Of a stretch of 64,000 nucleotides of DNA, positions 1-14,000 are shown piece after piece. This DNA is from Mobula birostris. Taxonomy: Eukaryota. Below the pieces are notes generated by a model. It saw only the letters and a program-made list of their open reading frames with translations, was not told the DNA's origin and ran no database searches. Each line of letters opens with the position of its first letter. Positions within the stretch are counted from its first letter, which is position 1. The translations under genes were made by a program, and so were the position numbers. The stretch covers positions 17,119,629 to 17,183,628 of the forward strand of contig NC_092384.1 in the NCBI RefSeq assembly GCF_030028105.1. Direction: 5' to 3'.

Positions 1-901
1 TGGGAATTGTGATATGAACTGATCTTTTCCAGCTTAAAGGCCATTGTTGGGTTTTCCAGGGAAAACTGCTGGGAAATTGCATGCAACACTTTTACACAAC
101 ATCACCTTTTAAAGTTTTAAACAATTCAACTGGAATCCTGTCACATCCTTCAGCCTTATTAACCTTTTATCACCCATTCGACTTCAGTTTGCAGAATGTC
201 TGTCTCTAGATCAATGAGGGAGTCGTTGTAAATGTCTTCACCGTTGGCATCTTTCCTGTCAAATTTTTCTATGTATTCCTGTCATTTCCTTATGTTTGAA
301 TGGCGGTGCAGACCTGGTCCTGGACCTGGACCTTAGCACCCGGAAGGCAACATCATCGAAAAATGTCTTTGTCGTCCGCAGAACATCCTTGCTGTTCTCC
401 TAAAGAATCCCCTATATCCACAGCTCCCCTCTCGAATAGTATCCAAAGTGCTATACCTGCTGTTGAGGGGAATGGCCACAATGTACTCTGCGCTGGCAGT
501 TAAGATCCTTCCCCTTCCTGACTATCACCCAAATATAAACTGCAAATAAACTTTCTGCCAGAACAAAAATATTATTTGATTCGTACTTTCAATGAGAACA
601 ACGCAATAAAAGACCCACCTTCAGCACTACACAAATATACAGGACATGTAGAGCCACAAGGCTGTGTTAGTGGCAAAAGACATGAATGACAAGTCCACTA
701 ACCATGTTCAGAAAAGCCTGAAATGAAAACTCGATGGATATCCTGGTTAAAATGCACAACTGAAAAAATGGAAGGAAGCAAAAGACATAGCATAACATCA
801 AAGCGCAGGTAACGTAGATTAATGAGCAATTTGGGTATTTAACTGAAATTCTCGTTTTTATGCGATAATGAGCATTATTATTTTAAAATAACACGATCTT
901 A

Positions 902-991
902 ACGTAATGCTTTAGAGTAAAAGATAACGTGTTTGCATCAAATATATGCACGTAATGCTTTAGAGTAAAAAATAACGTGTTTGCCTCAAAT
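902..991. repeat. Two-copy 48-bp tandem duplication
   Basis: ACGTAATGCTTTAGAGTAAAA(G/A)ATAACGTGTTTGC(A/C)TCAAAT occurs twice. Confidence 0.9.
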
Positions 992-1498
992 TACTAATCA
1001 ACTTCGTTGTTCCTCGGAATATTGACAAGCATCCTTGAACATGTGAAATAATAATTGAAATAAAAGGAAACTACTCGACTAATTCGGTGGGCCAGGCAGT
1101 GCGGGTGAAGGCATGCGGGTGTTTAATGTTTTGAGCTCGAGACTCGGGATTTAGAGTGTAGAGGGAAGATGTGCAATATATAAAATGAAAAGGAGGTGTG
1201 CGACCGGTGGTAGATGGAACCAAGCTCGTGGGATGGAGTGGTGGAGACTTTGCAAGCGGAACGAGAAAACATTAATCCAATTTGCTCATTACGGAATCCT
1301 GTAAAAATATATAATATCGGTCGAGTCAAACATGTTTTATTAAGGTGGATTAAAGGGTATATATTGGACAGTTAATAGGAGATATCATTACCATCCAAGA
1401 AAACGATACCATGTGATTAATGCTGCTCAGTCGGCAGTGTAAAGCGACCTTTATTTAAGATGTTTAGTGAAACGCATTTTTGAGTGTAATATATCTTC

Positions 1499-2781
1499 TG
1501 TCATAAGGAGGTGGCTGACACAGTGCAAGACACAGACACTGAAGGACGGGGGACAGGACTAGGATACCGGGTGAGAAAAAGGACATGGACAGGAAAACCG
1601 GGAACCCGGAACTGGACTGGACAAGAGAGCTAGGAGCCAGGGCTTGGACTCCGAGCCAGAGACTGGACAAGGACCCAGTACCTGGGTCTTGCCTCTGGCT
1701 CGGACCCAAGAACTAGGCAAGGACGAGGCTTGGCAGGCAGGCAGGACGAGGTTGGAGTCTTCAGGCTTGAGGTTAGAGGCGAGGTTTGGCAGGAGCCAGG
1801 ATGCTGGAGTCTTCAGGCTTGAGGCTAGAGGCAAAGCTTGGCAGGAGGCAGGAGGCTGGAGTCTTCAGACTTGAGGCTAGAGACTTGAGGCGAGGCTTGG
1901 CAGGAGGTAGGAGGCTGGAGTCCTGAGTCTAGAGGCTAGAGACGAGGCTTGGCAGGAGGTAGGAGACTGGAGTCCTCAGTCTTGAGGCTAGAGGCTAGAG
2001 ACGAGGCTTGGCAGGAGGTAGGAGACTGGAGTCTTAGGGATTGAGGGTAGAAGATAGAGACTTGAGGCAAGGCTTGGCAGCAGGCAGGACGCTGGAGTCT
2101 TCAGGCTTGAGGCTAGGCAGAAGGCTGGAGTCTTCAGACTTGAGGCTAGGCAGGAGGCTGGAGTCTTCGGGCTTGAGGCTAGGCAGGAGCCTGGAATCTT
2201 CAGGCTGGAGGCTAGGCAGGCGGCTGGAGTCTTCAGGCTTGAGGATAGGCAGGCTCCTCCTGGGCAGGGCGCAGATCACCACCCGACGGAGGCAAGGGAG
2301 AGGAAGGGACAGAACCAACCGCAGGTAACGGCAAGACGGCCTGGCTTATCCGACGGAGGCAAAGGACAGGAAGGGAGCTAGGTACGGGGTGGCTCCAGGA
2401 TAAGACAGCAAGACAAGGCAAGGCTTCAGGCAATGAAAGGCAAGAAAGAACTTCAGGCGAGGCGAGAGTTACCAGCAAGACGAGACAGGGCTTCTGGCAT
2501 TGCAAGGCGAAACGAGAACTTCAGGCGGGGTGAGAGTTACCAGCAAGGCTTCAGGCGAGGAAACAGAAGGAAGAGGAAGGGATAGAAGGAGTAAGGACTA
2601 GAACAATACAACAGCCATTCCCTGCTCTCTGAAGGTACTTATGCAGCCATCCCAACAAGCATCAGCTGCCTCAATTACAGCTCAACAAGAACAGAAACAG
2701 GGTAGATAGGAAAACCTGGAGCAAGGGTTGCTGGACCGGAGTGTGAACCCGAATACGGACTTCACGGACCAGACCATGACA
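1499..2781 (-). mobile_element. Solo LTR (family X) with internal ~33-bp minisatellite
   Basis: TGTCATAAGG...CCATGACA termini; 5-bp TSD TCTTC (1494-1498 / 2782-2786); GGCTGGAGTCTTCAGGCTTGAGGCTAGGCAGGA-type repeats at ~1720-2250. Confidence 0.85.
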
Positions 2782-4680
2782 TCTTCAGTGATCGCCGAAG
2801 CATTTTTAACCGAGATTTCATCCTCTAATCCTGAAATGAACGAAACTGAGAAGCCAAGGTTCAAATTTACGCCTGGTGTTCAGCGAATAAGATATCGTCT
2901 ATCGACAAACGAATAGCATATCACTTATTGGATTGTTTGTCAGTAGAGGAGTGTTTCCAAATAGATTGTAACAACTCTAAGTGGGGGGTGGGGGTGCGAT
3001 GTGGAGGTATCGTCGTAACAGCGTAGCAATTAGAGATGGCGCCATCTCTGGTCCATCGCAGTGACAGAACGCACTTGATTGGGATGATTGAGAGGAATTT
3101 ACAAGTTTACACATATTTAAAATCCCGGAAACCGTTATCATTTATATTACTATTGTATTTATTTTCTATCTTCATTCGACTGTACTGAATTTTTTTTCAG
3201 GTAAATATAGTACACAGTATTAGGGAGGACTTTTTTTTTTGCGCAGGGCATTCTGCAGTGCGGGCAAATGATACGTTTCAAACGACGTTGAGCTGAGCTG
3301 AATCTAACTACATCCTAAAAGGCACGTTGGAAAATATCACCAGCGCATCGCATTTGCTTGAGGAATTAGTCTACTCTTGTGATATTGCCCTTCAGAGAAA
3401 TAACAAACGGCTATTTGTGTTTTTTTTTTGATGAATAGACGAAGAAATGAATAAGGAAGGTAAGAGTACAAAGATCCCGTCAACTACGAACAACATATAA
3501 CTGTGCATTTTACTTGAAAGTAAATATCAAAACAACATTTAAAGGTGGAGAAATCGACGAGATTTGAGATGTGAAGTGGATCTGAGATTTGGCATGTGAA
3601 AGGAAATCTATCCCAGCCAGCATATCCAACAGAACAGGTCTGAGCGGCCCACTTTTGTTTCCAAGCGTGTACGCTTCTATTATTTTGCCAATTTCTCTGC
3701 ATTACAGAAACTCTTTCAGAGAATAGACTGTTGTTTGCATCATCAGACAGAGGATTTATTTCACTGCCGGTGTTCTGTGTACCTACTCCCCACCTTTTTT
3801 AGTCCCGCACCTTATCCACCAACCACGCTGTCCTGATGAGCAACAATAATGTATTATTATAACAGGATGCTCATCCTGTTGTGTCACACATACATCTACC
3901 CGAACCGGAATTAATATGTCAATTTACTGACTACTGCCCAAATAAATGCTGGGCATATTTCAGATTTATTTAGCTCTTTTGGGCAATTGGGCAGTTATTA
4001 ATCGCTGAGGAGCTCTGTCCAAAGCACCATATTTTTCGAAAGTGCACATCTAGACACGTGATTCCTATAAATCGTCTTTCCAACGTCTACAATTTTCAGG
4101 CAAATGTTAGGCTAAACCTGATTTCCTTTAATGTGACCATTTGCGCATCTCCTTTGTTTCAATGTGGGCTGGGTTGTACACAGGTTGCGATGCATTTCTC
4201 CAGCCTTTTGGGTGCCCTGGGATTTCTGTTACTGCCATGTGATAGTGCAGTTGTATTTTACAGCTAATTTTGAGCAAAAAGCCGTGAATGTATATGAGAC
4301 AGGAGAGTACTGATTTTTTTATCATACGACATTTGCTGATCAATATTCAAACACAGAGGTGTTATCGCGAGAAAATGTTGCATTTTTGCACATCTTCAAA
4401 TCTATATTTCCCTCGGTGGAACTTTGATATAAGTGAGCAAGAATAACTGTTCAGTTGACGTTTTTTTTTTTTTTTTTTTTTTGCCCTGCAAGCAAAGTTT
4501 CTCTCGCTGGTGGTGACGAATCTCTGATTTTTTTTTTCATCCTCTGAGGACTGTGGAGGGAATATCTTGGGGGTGAGGCGGTACTTTAGGCAAAGTAGGT
4601 TATTTCCTGGAATGATCGGGGACTGTCCAATGGAGATGATGACTGGGCAGGAGAGAGAGGCGGAATGGCTTATTCCCAAT

Positions 4681-4708
4681 TTTATTCTTAAGTTTCTTAC
4701 TTTTATTT
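4681..4708 (-). promoter_or_regulatory. Candidate polyadenylation signals (AATAAA on minus strand) for the receptor gene
   Basis: plus-strand TTTATT twice, about 180-210 bp past the exon 7 stop. Confidence 0.4.
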
Positions 4709-4888
4709 TTTTCCAGTGATAATCGCTTCCAATAAATCGAAGACGAAATTGATCCCTTATCTTCCTAACTTATACATGTAACATCGATTAACAATCTTTG
4801 TCTGGAGGAAAGAAATGAAACGAGGCAATGCCTCGGGCGTGCACTCATTGATAGTCTATAGCTCAAAATTGCAGTTGGATTCTCAGCT

Positions 4889-5020
4889 TCATAGTTTCTT
4901 TGATATATTTACATCTGCATACAATGCATGTTTGTTCTGATATGTGGATGCTGGCGTGTTCTTGGAATCAGGAAGCTGCAGAACAGCGTAAGTCAGTTTG
5001 TCAGCCCCATTTCCTTTAGT
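4889..5020 (-). CDS. Exon 7, terminal cytoplasmic exon with ITIM (TKGNGADKLTYAVLQL...ALYADVNISKKL*)
   Basis: acceptor atgttttcgcag|, phase 0; canonical ITIM LTYAVL, ITIM-like ALYADV, YxN motif TYQN; TGA at 4891-4889. Confidence 0.85.
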   Translation of the reverse strand, partial: TKGNGADKLTYAVLQLPDSKNTPASTYQNKHALYADVNISKKL

Positions 5021-8000
5021 CTGCGAAAACATTTCAGAATCAGAGGTTAATCGGGAATCTATTGAGTTGAACAAATTGAATCAAAAATTGTAAAATAAAT
5101 TAGTGGTACACTCATAAGCTATCAATTTTACAATTTCTGCCGTTTTACACAAAGTTTATGTCAACACTGTTTCACAATTTCCCTTTTTGATTTATATGGT
5201 CCCTGTATTTCAACTCCAAGTGACTGTACGGTCCCACTGAACAATGAGTGTTTCTTTCCTTACTGAAAATGAACTTTAACAAAATCGAGTTGGGAGAGTA
5301 GGTAACTCCTTGAAGCAGCAGGTATAGTAAAAAATATTTCACTAACTCAAAATACAAGAGCATTCTTGCGTTATATGTGTCTGATTGCCGCTAACTTTTT
5401 CGTCTGTAGTTCTTACCTTGTTTCCTCAGTCACACCTGCTAACAGAACTCCAAATGCACACAGACACTGTCATCAGTGGATACCGCACAACTGATAGAAT
5501 GAACGCTGGCACTTTGTTCATTCATGCCGTATGGTTACTGTTTTGTCATAGTTCGGTATTTCCATCAATGACACCAAAGTTCGATTGGTTCAGTATTGCT
5601 CGGTTATTATCAGATATTCGAGCTCATTGTCGAGCTGATAATGGGCGATGGAAAGGTTGGCTATTTCCAGTTTCATGATTTTTTAGTGTTTCCACATTAC
5701 GGATGAAATTAAATTCGTAAAAGCAAGGGTAAAAAATATTATCTCGATGGATTCTGCAGATACTGGAAATCTTGGGGAATGCAAAAGAAATGCTGATGTA
5801 ATTCATTAGGTAAGGCAACATGTGTGACGGTAAATGAACTGTTGATATTTCTGTCCGAAACGCTTTACCAGGACAGCTAAAGAAGGGGGTCAGAAGCTAG
5901 AATAGGAAGGTGAGGAAGGAATACAAGATGACAGGTGATATGAGAAACCCGGTGAGAAAGAATGTGTGTTCATGATGGGGATGGAATGACTTAGAAGCCG
6001 AGAGGTGATGAGTTGAAAAGGAAAAGGGTGCAAGAAGGAATCTGATAGGAGGAGACCGTGGACCCCGGAAGAAATTGAAGAAGGAGAGGACCCAGTGGAG
6101 GTGATGGGCAGATGAGAAGAGACGAGGTGAAAGGGAGCCAGAATTGGGAAAAGAGAAAAAAAAAAGAGAAGGAGTAAATGAAATAAGCATTAAAAATGGG
6201 AGAGATAATGTTCATGCCTTCAGGTTGGAGTCCATCCAGATGGAAGAAAAATGTGATTATATTTTGAGGGTGTTTAGTCGTAAATGATACAGTGACCAAG
6301 GTCTGCTCAGGTCTGTAAAATTAACATCCTTTGGGATATCGTTTATATTTATATTGGAATCGATTGTTAGGAATGAGATTACGGAATACCTGGAGGCACA
6401 TGACAATAGGCCAAAGCCAGCATGGTTTTCTGAAAGGAAAATCCTGCCTGTCTAACCTACCGCTATTTTTTTTTTTGGAGGAAATTGCAAGCAGTGTAGA
6501 CAAAGGAGATGCAGTAGATGTGGTGTACTTAGATTTTCAGAAGGTCTTTGACAAGGTACAGCACATGATGCTGCTTAGCAAGATAAGAGCCCATGGAATT
6601 GCAGAGGCGTTACTAACATGTGTGGAGCATTGCTGATTGGCGGAAGATAGAGAGTGGAATAAAGGGATCCTATTCTGGCTGATTGCCGGTTACCAGAGGA
6701 GTTCCACAGGGTTTGGTGTTGCGACCGCTGCTTTTTATAACGTATATCAATGATTTGGACTATGGAATGAATGGATTTTCGCTAAGTTTACCGATGATAC
6801 AAAGGCAGGTGGAGGAGCCGCTAGTGCTGAGCAAACAGAGCCTGCAGAAAGACTTAGATAGTTTCGGGGAATAGGCAAAAAAATGGCAAATGAAATACAA
6901 TTTTGGAAAGTGTATGGGCATGCACTGTTGTGGAAAAATATACGTGCGGCCTATTATTTAGATGGGAAAAGAATTCAAAATGCAGAGATGCATAGGCAAT
7001 TGTGAGTCCTTGTGCAGGATATCCGGAAGGTTAACCTCCAGGTTGAGTCGGTTGTGAAGAAGGCAAATGTAATGTTGGCGTTCATTTCTCGAGATATAGA
7101 ATATATGAACAAGGATGTGATGTTGAGGCTCTATAAGCAACTCGTGAGACAACACTTGGAGTACTGTTTGCAGTTTTGGGCTCCTTATTTTAGACAGGAT
7201 ATACTGACACTGGAGAGGGTTTAGAGAAGATTCACGAAAATGATTCCAGGGATGAAAGAGTTACCGTATGAGGAACGCCTGGCAGCTCTTGGACTGTATT
7301 CCCTGGGGATCAGGAGTATGGGTTGGGGGGGGGGGGTGGAATCTCATAGAAACATTCCGAATATTAAAAGGTCTGAACAGATTGGATGTGGCACAGTTAT
7401 TTCCCATGGCATGTGAGTCCAGGTCAAGAGGCACCACTTCAGGATGGAATGGTGTCCATTCAGAAAGGGATGCGGAGAAATTACTTTTGTCAGAGGGAAG
7501 TAAATATGTGGAATTTGTTGCAATGAGCGGCTTTGGGAGGCCAAGTCATTGGGTGCATTTAAGGCAGTCATGGAGAGATAGATACATTCTTGATTAGCCA
7601 ATACTGTACATCAAAGTGTATGGGGAGAAGGCAGGGGACTGGGGATGACTGGATGAATTGGATCAGCCCATGATTGAATGACGGATCAGACTGAATGGGC
7701 CGAATGCCCTACTTCGGCTTCTATATTTCATGGTCTTACATATATGTTTTGCGTGACTCGGTAGCGTAGCGGCAAGCATAACTCTATTACAGCAGCAGTG
7801 ATCCAGGTTTAATTCCGTAACCGACGAACTGGTGTGTTTCTACGTTTTTCCATGATCGTATAACTTTCTTTGGGAGCTCAGATTACCTCCCACGTTCGAT
7901 AGACGTACGGGTTAGTCAGCTAATTGGTCACGTGTGTGTAATTGGGTGGCACGAACTATTTGGGCCGGACGGCTCTGTTACAGTGCTAGAATGGCATGCA

Positions 8001-11000
8001 GAACTTTGGGCACCCCTGGTCAAGATTTCTATTACTGTGAATACTTAAGTGGGTAGAAGTTGAACTGATCTCCAAAAGTCATAAAGCTAAAGATGAAACA
8101 TTCTTTTCAACATTTTAAGCAAGATTAGTGTATTATTTTTGTTTTGTACAATTTTAGAGTAAAAAAAAAAGGAAAGGTGCACCATGCAAATGTTTAGGCA
8201 CCCCAAGAGATTTGTGCTCTCAGATAACATTCACCAAGGTCTCAAACCTTATTTAGCATGTTAGGACTATGGCATGCTAACAGTCATCATTAGGAAAGGC
8301 CAGGTGATGCAAATTTTAAAGCTTTATAAATACCCTGACTCCTCAAACATTGTCTCAACAATCAGCAGCCTAGGGCTCCTCTAAGCAGCTGCCTAGCACT
8401 CTGAAAATTAAAATAAATGATGCACACAAAGCAGGAGAAGGCTGTAGGAAGATAGCAAAGCGTTTTCCGGTAGCTGTTTCCTCAGTTGGTAATGTAATTA
8501 GGAAATGGCAGTTAACAGGAGCGGTGGAGATCAAGTTGAGGTCTGGAAGAACAAGAAAACTTTCCGAGAGAACTGCTCGTAAGGATTGCTAGAAAGGCAA
8601 TTCAAAATCCTCCTTTGACTGCAAAAGACCATCAGGAAGATTTAGCAGACTCTGGAGTGGTGGTGCGTTGTTCTACTGTGCAGCGACACCTGCACGAATA
8701 TGACCTTCATGGAAGAGTCATCAGAAGAAAACATTCCTGCATCCTCAGCACAAAATTCAGCGTCAGAAGTTTGCAAAGGAACATCTAAACAAGCCTGATG
8801 CATTATGGAAACAGGTGCTGTGGACTGATGAAATTAAAATAGAACTTTTTGGCCGCAATGAGCAAAGGTATGTTTGGAGAAAAAAAGGGTGCAGAATTTC
8901 ATGAAAAGAACACCTCTCCAACTGTTAAGCACGGGCGTGCATCGATCATACTTTGGGCTTATGTTGCAGCCAGTGGCACGGGAAACATTTCACTGTTAGA
9001 GGGAAGAATGAATGCAGTAAAATACCAGCAAATTCTGAAAGCAAGCATCACACTGTCTGTAAAAAAGCTGATGATGAAAAGAGGATGGCTTCTACAACAG
9101 GATAATGATCCTAAACACACCTCAAAATCCACAATGGACTGCCTCAAGAGGCGCAAGCTGAAGATTTTGCCATGGTCCTCAGAGTCTCCCGATTTAAATA
9201 TCGTCGACAATCTGTGGATAGACCTCAAAAGAGCAGTCCATGCAAGACGGCCCAAGAATCTCATAGAACTAGAAGCCTTTTGCAAGGAGGAATGGGCGAA
9301 AGTCCACCAAACAAGAATTGAAAGGCGCTTAGCTGGCTACAGAAAGCGTGTAGAAGGTATGATACTTGCCAAACGGGGTGTTAGTAAGTACAGACCATGA
9401 AGGGTGTCCAAACATTTGCTTCAGGACCTTACCCTTTTTTGTTACTTTGAAAGTGTAAAATATGGAAATAAAGTTTCCTTGCTTAAAATATTAAATAAAT
9501 GTGTCATCTTTAACTTTATGCCTTTTGGAAATCAGGTCGGCTTTTACTCGCTTAGCTATTCACAGTAACAGAAATTTTGACCAGGTGTGCCCAAACATTT
9601 GCATGCCACTGTATATCTCTAAAGCAAATTCATATGTTATTCATGGCAATCTCTCTGCTTTACCTGAGAATAGATAATGCATTCTTCTTGTTGTCGATCT
9701 TTGCGACATCTATTACTCTCCCAAAGATTTAGTGAAACATAGGGAGTGGTGTGCTCAACCGCAGCTTGGTCAGCCTGTTGGAAAAACACACTTGATACTG
9801 ATAACTGATACAAGGTCAGTGATCATGAACTGTTTGCTTTGGAAAATCTAATTAAAAAAATGATTTTAAAAAAATGGTTAGAATAACATTTTGTCCGCGT
9901 TTTATGATATTGTCCGTATATCATACCAGAGATGGGATACCAAACCCATTTCAGGTTGGAAGTCGCTACGTTTACTATAGATTTCCAAACAACCTCTTAA
10001 AACCATCCTATCAATCGGATGGGTTTTTTAGGTCTGGCCATCTATTTTTTTTATCTCTTCTGTCATATCTCCTACGCCCTTCTAAGTTTTGTGCACGGGC
10101 TTATCCAATGCGTTTCTCTTACGCACCCCGTCAAATTATTATAATTATTGGCATGACCAGATTTCGTCCCCACGCAGCATTTAGAACCTGTGACCCTTCA
10201 GACTCGCATTATCTAGGTTAGGAACATTGGAACAAATGGAAAGACCTGATGTAATGTTCCAGCTTGGCTTAACTGAGGTAGCAAATATGGGAGGGGCATC
10301 TTGTCAGCTGTTGAGTGATTGGTGGTGCTGGTGAATCAATTAAATCACAATCGAAATAAGTAGAGTAATTGGACATGCCCGTTACAGTAAATGGTTTAAA
10401 ATAGCATTTGATTTGGCTGAAGTAATGACAGAGCATTCCAGAGTAATAAAGCGGCACCCAATTGCCCAGCATTGAGAACATCTGCCATAAACGCTGCCTA
10501 GGCAGGGCGAAAAGCATTATCAGGTGTGCATCTCACCCTAACCATGAACTTTCTACTCTCCTCCCATCCTGTAGTCACTACAGGAGCCTCCGCTCTCGCA
10601 ACAGCAGACGCAGGAAGAGTCTCTTCCCTGCGGCTATGACACTGCTGAACCTCTCATCACAGCGCTAAGCAGTATTGCACCCCTATTGTACTGTCTCAGT
10701 ACTTTTATATTTGTGTGCTGTAGCACCTGTTCTATTCGCAGTTATTTTGTATATAACACTATTCTTTGCATTTCTGATGAGATGCTAAATGCATTTCATT
10801 GGCTTTGTATCTGAACTCGGCACAATGACAATAAAGTTGAATCTAATTTAATCTAATCTAAAAAAAAAAATCTTGAACGTTCCAGTTTGAACTTAGATAT
10901 TACTCTCAGAAGCCGTCCTTCATTTCGGGAAGTGCTACAAACGCTGATAGAAGTTTCAACGGAGTTCAACTATAATGAAGCCAGTGGTATATGGCAACCT

Positions 11001-14000
11001 TGTTCTGGTGATGTGAAAAGTTGCTGCAGTAAATATCGTTACGTAAAAGTAAAAATATGCGCTCAAATTGGGAAGGTAATTAACGAACACAAAAAAATGT
11101 TTCCAGTTGTATACAACCGATTAAAATTTAATATGTGCTAACAGGAGGATCCAGCAGGACAAATTTAACAACATTGAACTGCTGGAACTCTGAAGTGAAA
11201 CAAACAAATAAAACACATAGTAGATCAGTAAACACGAGAGCCAAGAGAAACGGTTAACGTTTACGTTGCTTTCTAGGGAGAGGTGTTCAATATGAAAGGA
11301 CAACGTTTTCTCTTTCCCAAGATGTCGTTGGAGATTTTTAATTTCTGGATTAAATCCAAAATGGGAGATGACAATACATTTATACGTTGTAGGCATTTCT
11401 TTCATAATTGAGGACAATAATCATTCAGCGTAGCCTCCTGGAGTAGAAGGCGCCTTGTGGAGTTTCGTTACATGTGGGTATCATTGTGCACCAGATACTA
11501 CATGGTTTATTAGAAGCATATTCGATTCCATTGCAGGTCATGCACTGCTCTGTGGATCTTTGTTGGGAATCGGAGTTAAAAACTACATATGACTTTCCAA
11601 AGCAAGAATTCGTTGCATTTTCAATTTTGATTGTTGTGCTTTCAAATCAGATGTAGCATATATTGCCGGATTTCTAACTTTTGGGATGCTGGGAGGATTG
11701 GGGGTAGTTTTGAATTATGGGGTTTATTGCGGGATTATTTTCTCCAATTTTATTCACTTCTTGTATTCTTTTCCCAGTATGGAGTTCCGGAGCATGCGTG
11801 TTTTCTATATGGTTACACTCATCATCGCCATCTTTGATTAGCCCGCGTTGGTATGCGTGTATTTGCGTGTTAAGAACAATATTTTATGGTAGTTAAACAG
11901 ATAAACGCTATTAGTTGGAACGTACGTGGCTGGAATCACCCTATCAAGCGAAAGAAGACCTTTCAAATTATTAATCGATTCCAGCCCGATGTAATTTTTT
12001 GCTGAAGAAAAGCATATCAGAACGGGCGATCAAAATAGATTTTTTAAAACGTGGAAAGACCTTCAATACCATGCTACCTGTCAAAATAAAACAAAGGGAG
12101 TATCTATTTTTATTAAATCTAGTATTTTATTTATCCAAGAAGACATCATCTCAGATATTAATGGTAGATTTTTAATTGTTGAAGGAACAATTTGTAATAG
12201 AAAAATGTCATGGTTCATCTGTATGGACCTATTGGAGATGATGCTTCTTTTTTAAAAAATGTATTTGGTTTATTACGAGACTTAAAGGAATATATGTTGC
12301 TGATTGGGGGTGACTTCCACTGTTGTTTAAATGCTTAATTGACAAGAGTTTAACCAATCAGCAGCTTCCAAGTTGTTCAGCATCACTTATTAAATCCTTT
12401 TCAATTGATTATGGTTTGATTGAAATCTGGAGAAATCTATCTCCTAATGATAGAGATTATTCTTTTTATACACATATTCATAAAATATTCGAGAATTGAT
12501 TATTTTATAGCTGATTTCCGATGTTTGTCCAAAGTCCAGAAATGTGAATATGACGCTATTGTTGTTTTGGATCATGCACCTTTAAGCTTAACTTTTGAAT
12601 TGAATGGTGTTGGTAATGTAAACTCGTCTTGGCGTTTTCCAGAAAATTCATTACAAGTTCGGACTTCGTGAAATTTTTTGAGACCCAGATAAAAGATTTT
12701 TTTTTCTTTTTATAAGATGAGACATGTGTCGAAATTGATTATATGAGATACATTTAAAGCATATTTGCGAGGTCAGATAATCTCCTATTTGGCGAAGCTT
12801 AAGAAACAGACAAAAGTAGCGTTCGATAGGATTTCAAAACAAATTAAAGACTTAGATATATGCAGTCAGTCCTAATATTGATTTATTTAAACAAGGGGTT
12901 GAACTTCAATCACAATATAATTTACTATAACATATCCTACTGAAATAAATTTGCGTAATTTAAAGTCAATTTTATGTGTTTGGAGATGAAAGTAATAAGC
13001 TATTAGCATCCCAACTAAAGGCAGCTGGAGGTAAAAGACAAATTTTAAAAATTCGTAAGGGATATGATAGTTTAGCTTGTAATTATGAAGACATTAATAA
13101 CATTTTTCAAGACTTTTACAGGGAACTCAATGAATCTCAGTTTCCAGCTGATCCTTCTAATATGAATGACTTTGTACAAAAGATTGACTTTCCTGGAATA
13201 TCTGTTGAGGATCAACAAACTCTTGATACTCCTGTTACTAAAAAAGAAATTCAGAAAACTATTCTTTTAACGCAATCTGGTAAAGCTCCTCGATTGGATG
13301 GTTTTCCTATAGGGTTTTATTAAAAAAAAATGAAGAATTGCTTACTCCTTATATGTTGGAAACGCATAAAGATTTTTTTTTTGTTAGGAGAGTTACCTTC
13401 CATATTTTATGAAGCTTTTATCTCTTTAATTCCTAAGAAAGATAAAGACCCTACTGATTGCGCTTCATATAGACCTATCTCATTATTAAATGTGGATGCG
13501 AAACTTCTTTCAAAAATAATGGCTAATGGACTGGAGAATATTCTAGCTAAAATGATTTCTCAGGACCAAACTGGTTTTATGAAAGGCCGTTATTCCTTAT
13601 ATAAATCTCGGAGACTGTTAAATGGTATATACTCATCCCTTTCTAAGACTCCCCAATGTGTTGTTTCTCTTGATGCTGTAGAGGCATTTGATGGAGTTGA
13701 ATGGAAATACTTATTTAACGTTTTAGAGAAATTCAACTTAGGTACTAATTTTAATGAGTGGAATAGAATGATATATAAACGCCCTATTGCCACTGTTATT
13801 ACTAATAATTGCAGATCCCCTTTTTTCTCCTTTCGCCGGGTACGAGACAAGCATGTCCGTTAAGTCCGTTGTTATTTAATTTGGTATTGGAACCTTTGGC
13901 TATTGCACTTCATGAAGCTAATGAACTTCAAGGAATTTACATTAATGGGACTATTCATAAGATCTCTCTTTATGCTGATGATCTCTTAGTTTATGTTTCG

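Noticed and set aside
300-503. 67-aa plus-strand ORF
   Set aside because: The minus strand resembles a decayed CR1 ORF1 remnant (PLNSRYSTLDT); not a host gene.
3032-3049. 18-bp perfect palindrome AGAGATGGCGCCATCTCT
   Set aside because: Isolated, with no associated element or motif.
5417-5435. 19-nt minus-strand micro-exon (cag|GTGTGA...AAG|gtaaga)
   Set aside because: Phase does not fit exons 6-7, and in phase 0 it stops at once; unsupported.
11121-11190. Strong minus-strand acceptor (tttgtttcacttcag) as an extra tail exon
   Set aside because: No credible in-phase donor before a stop.
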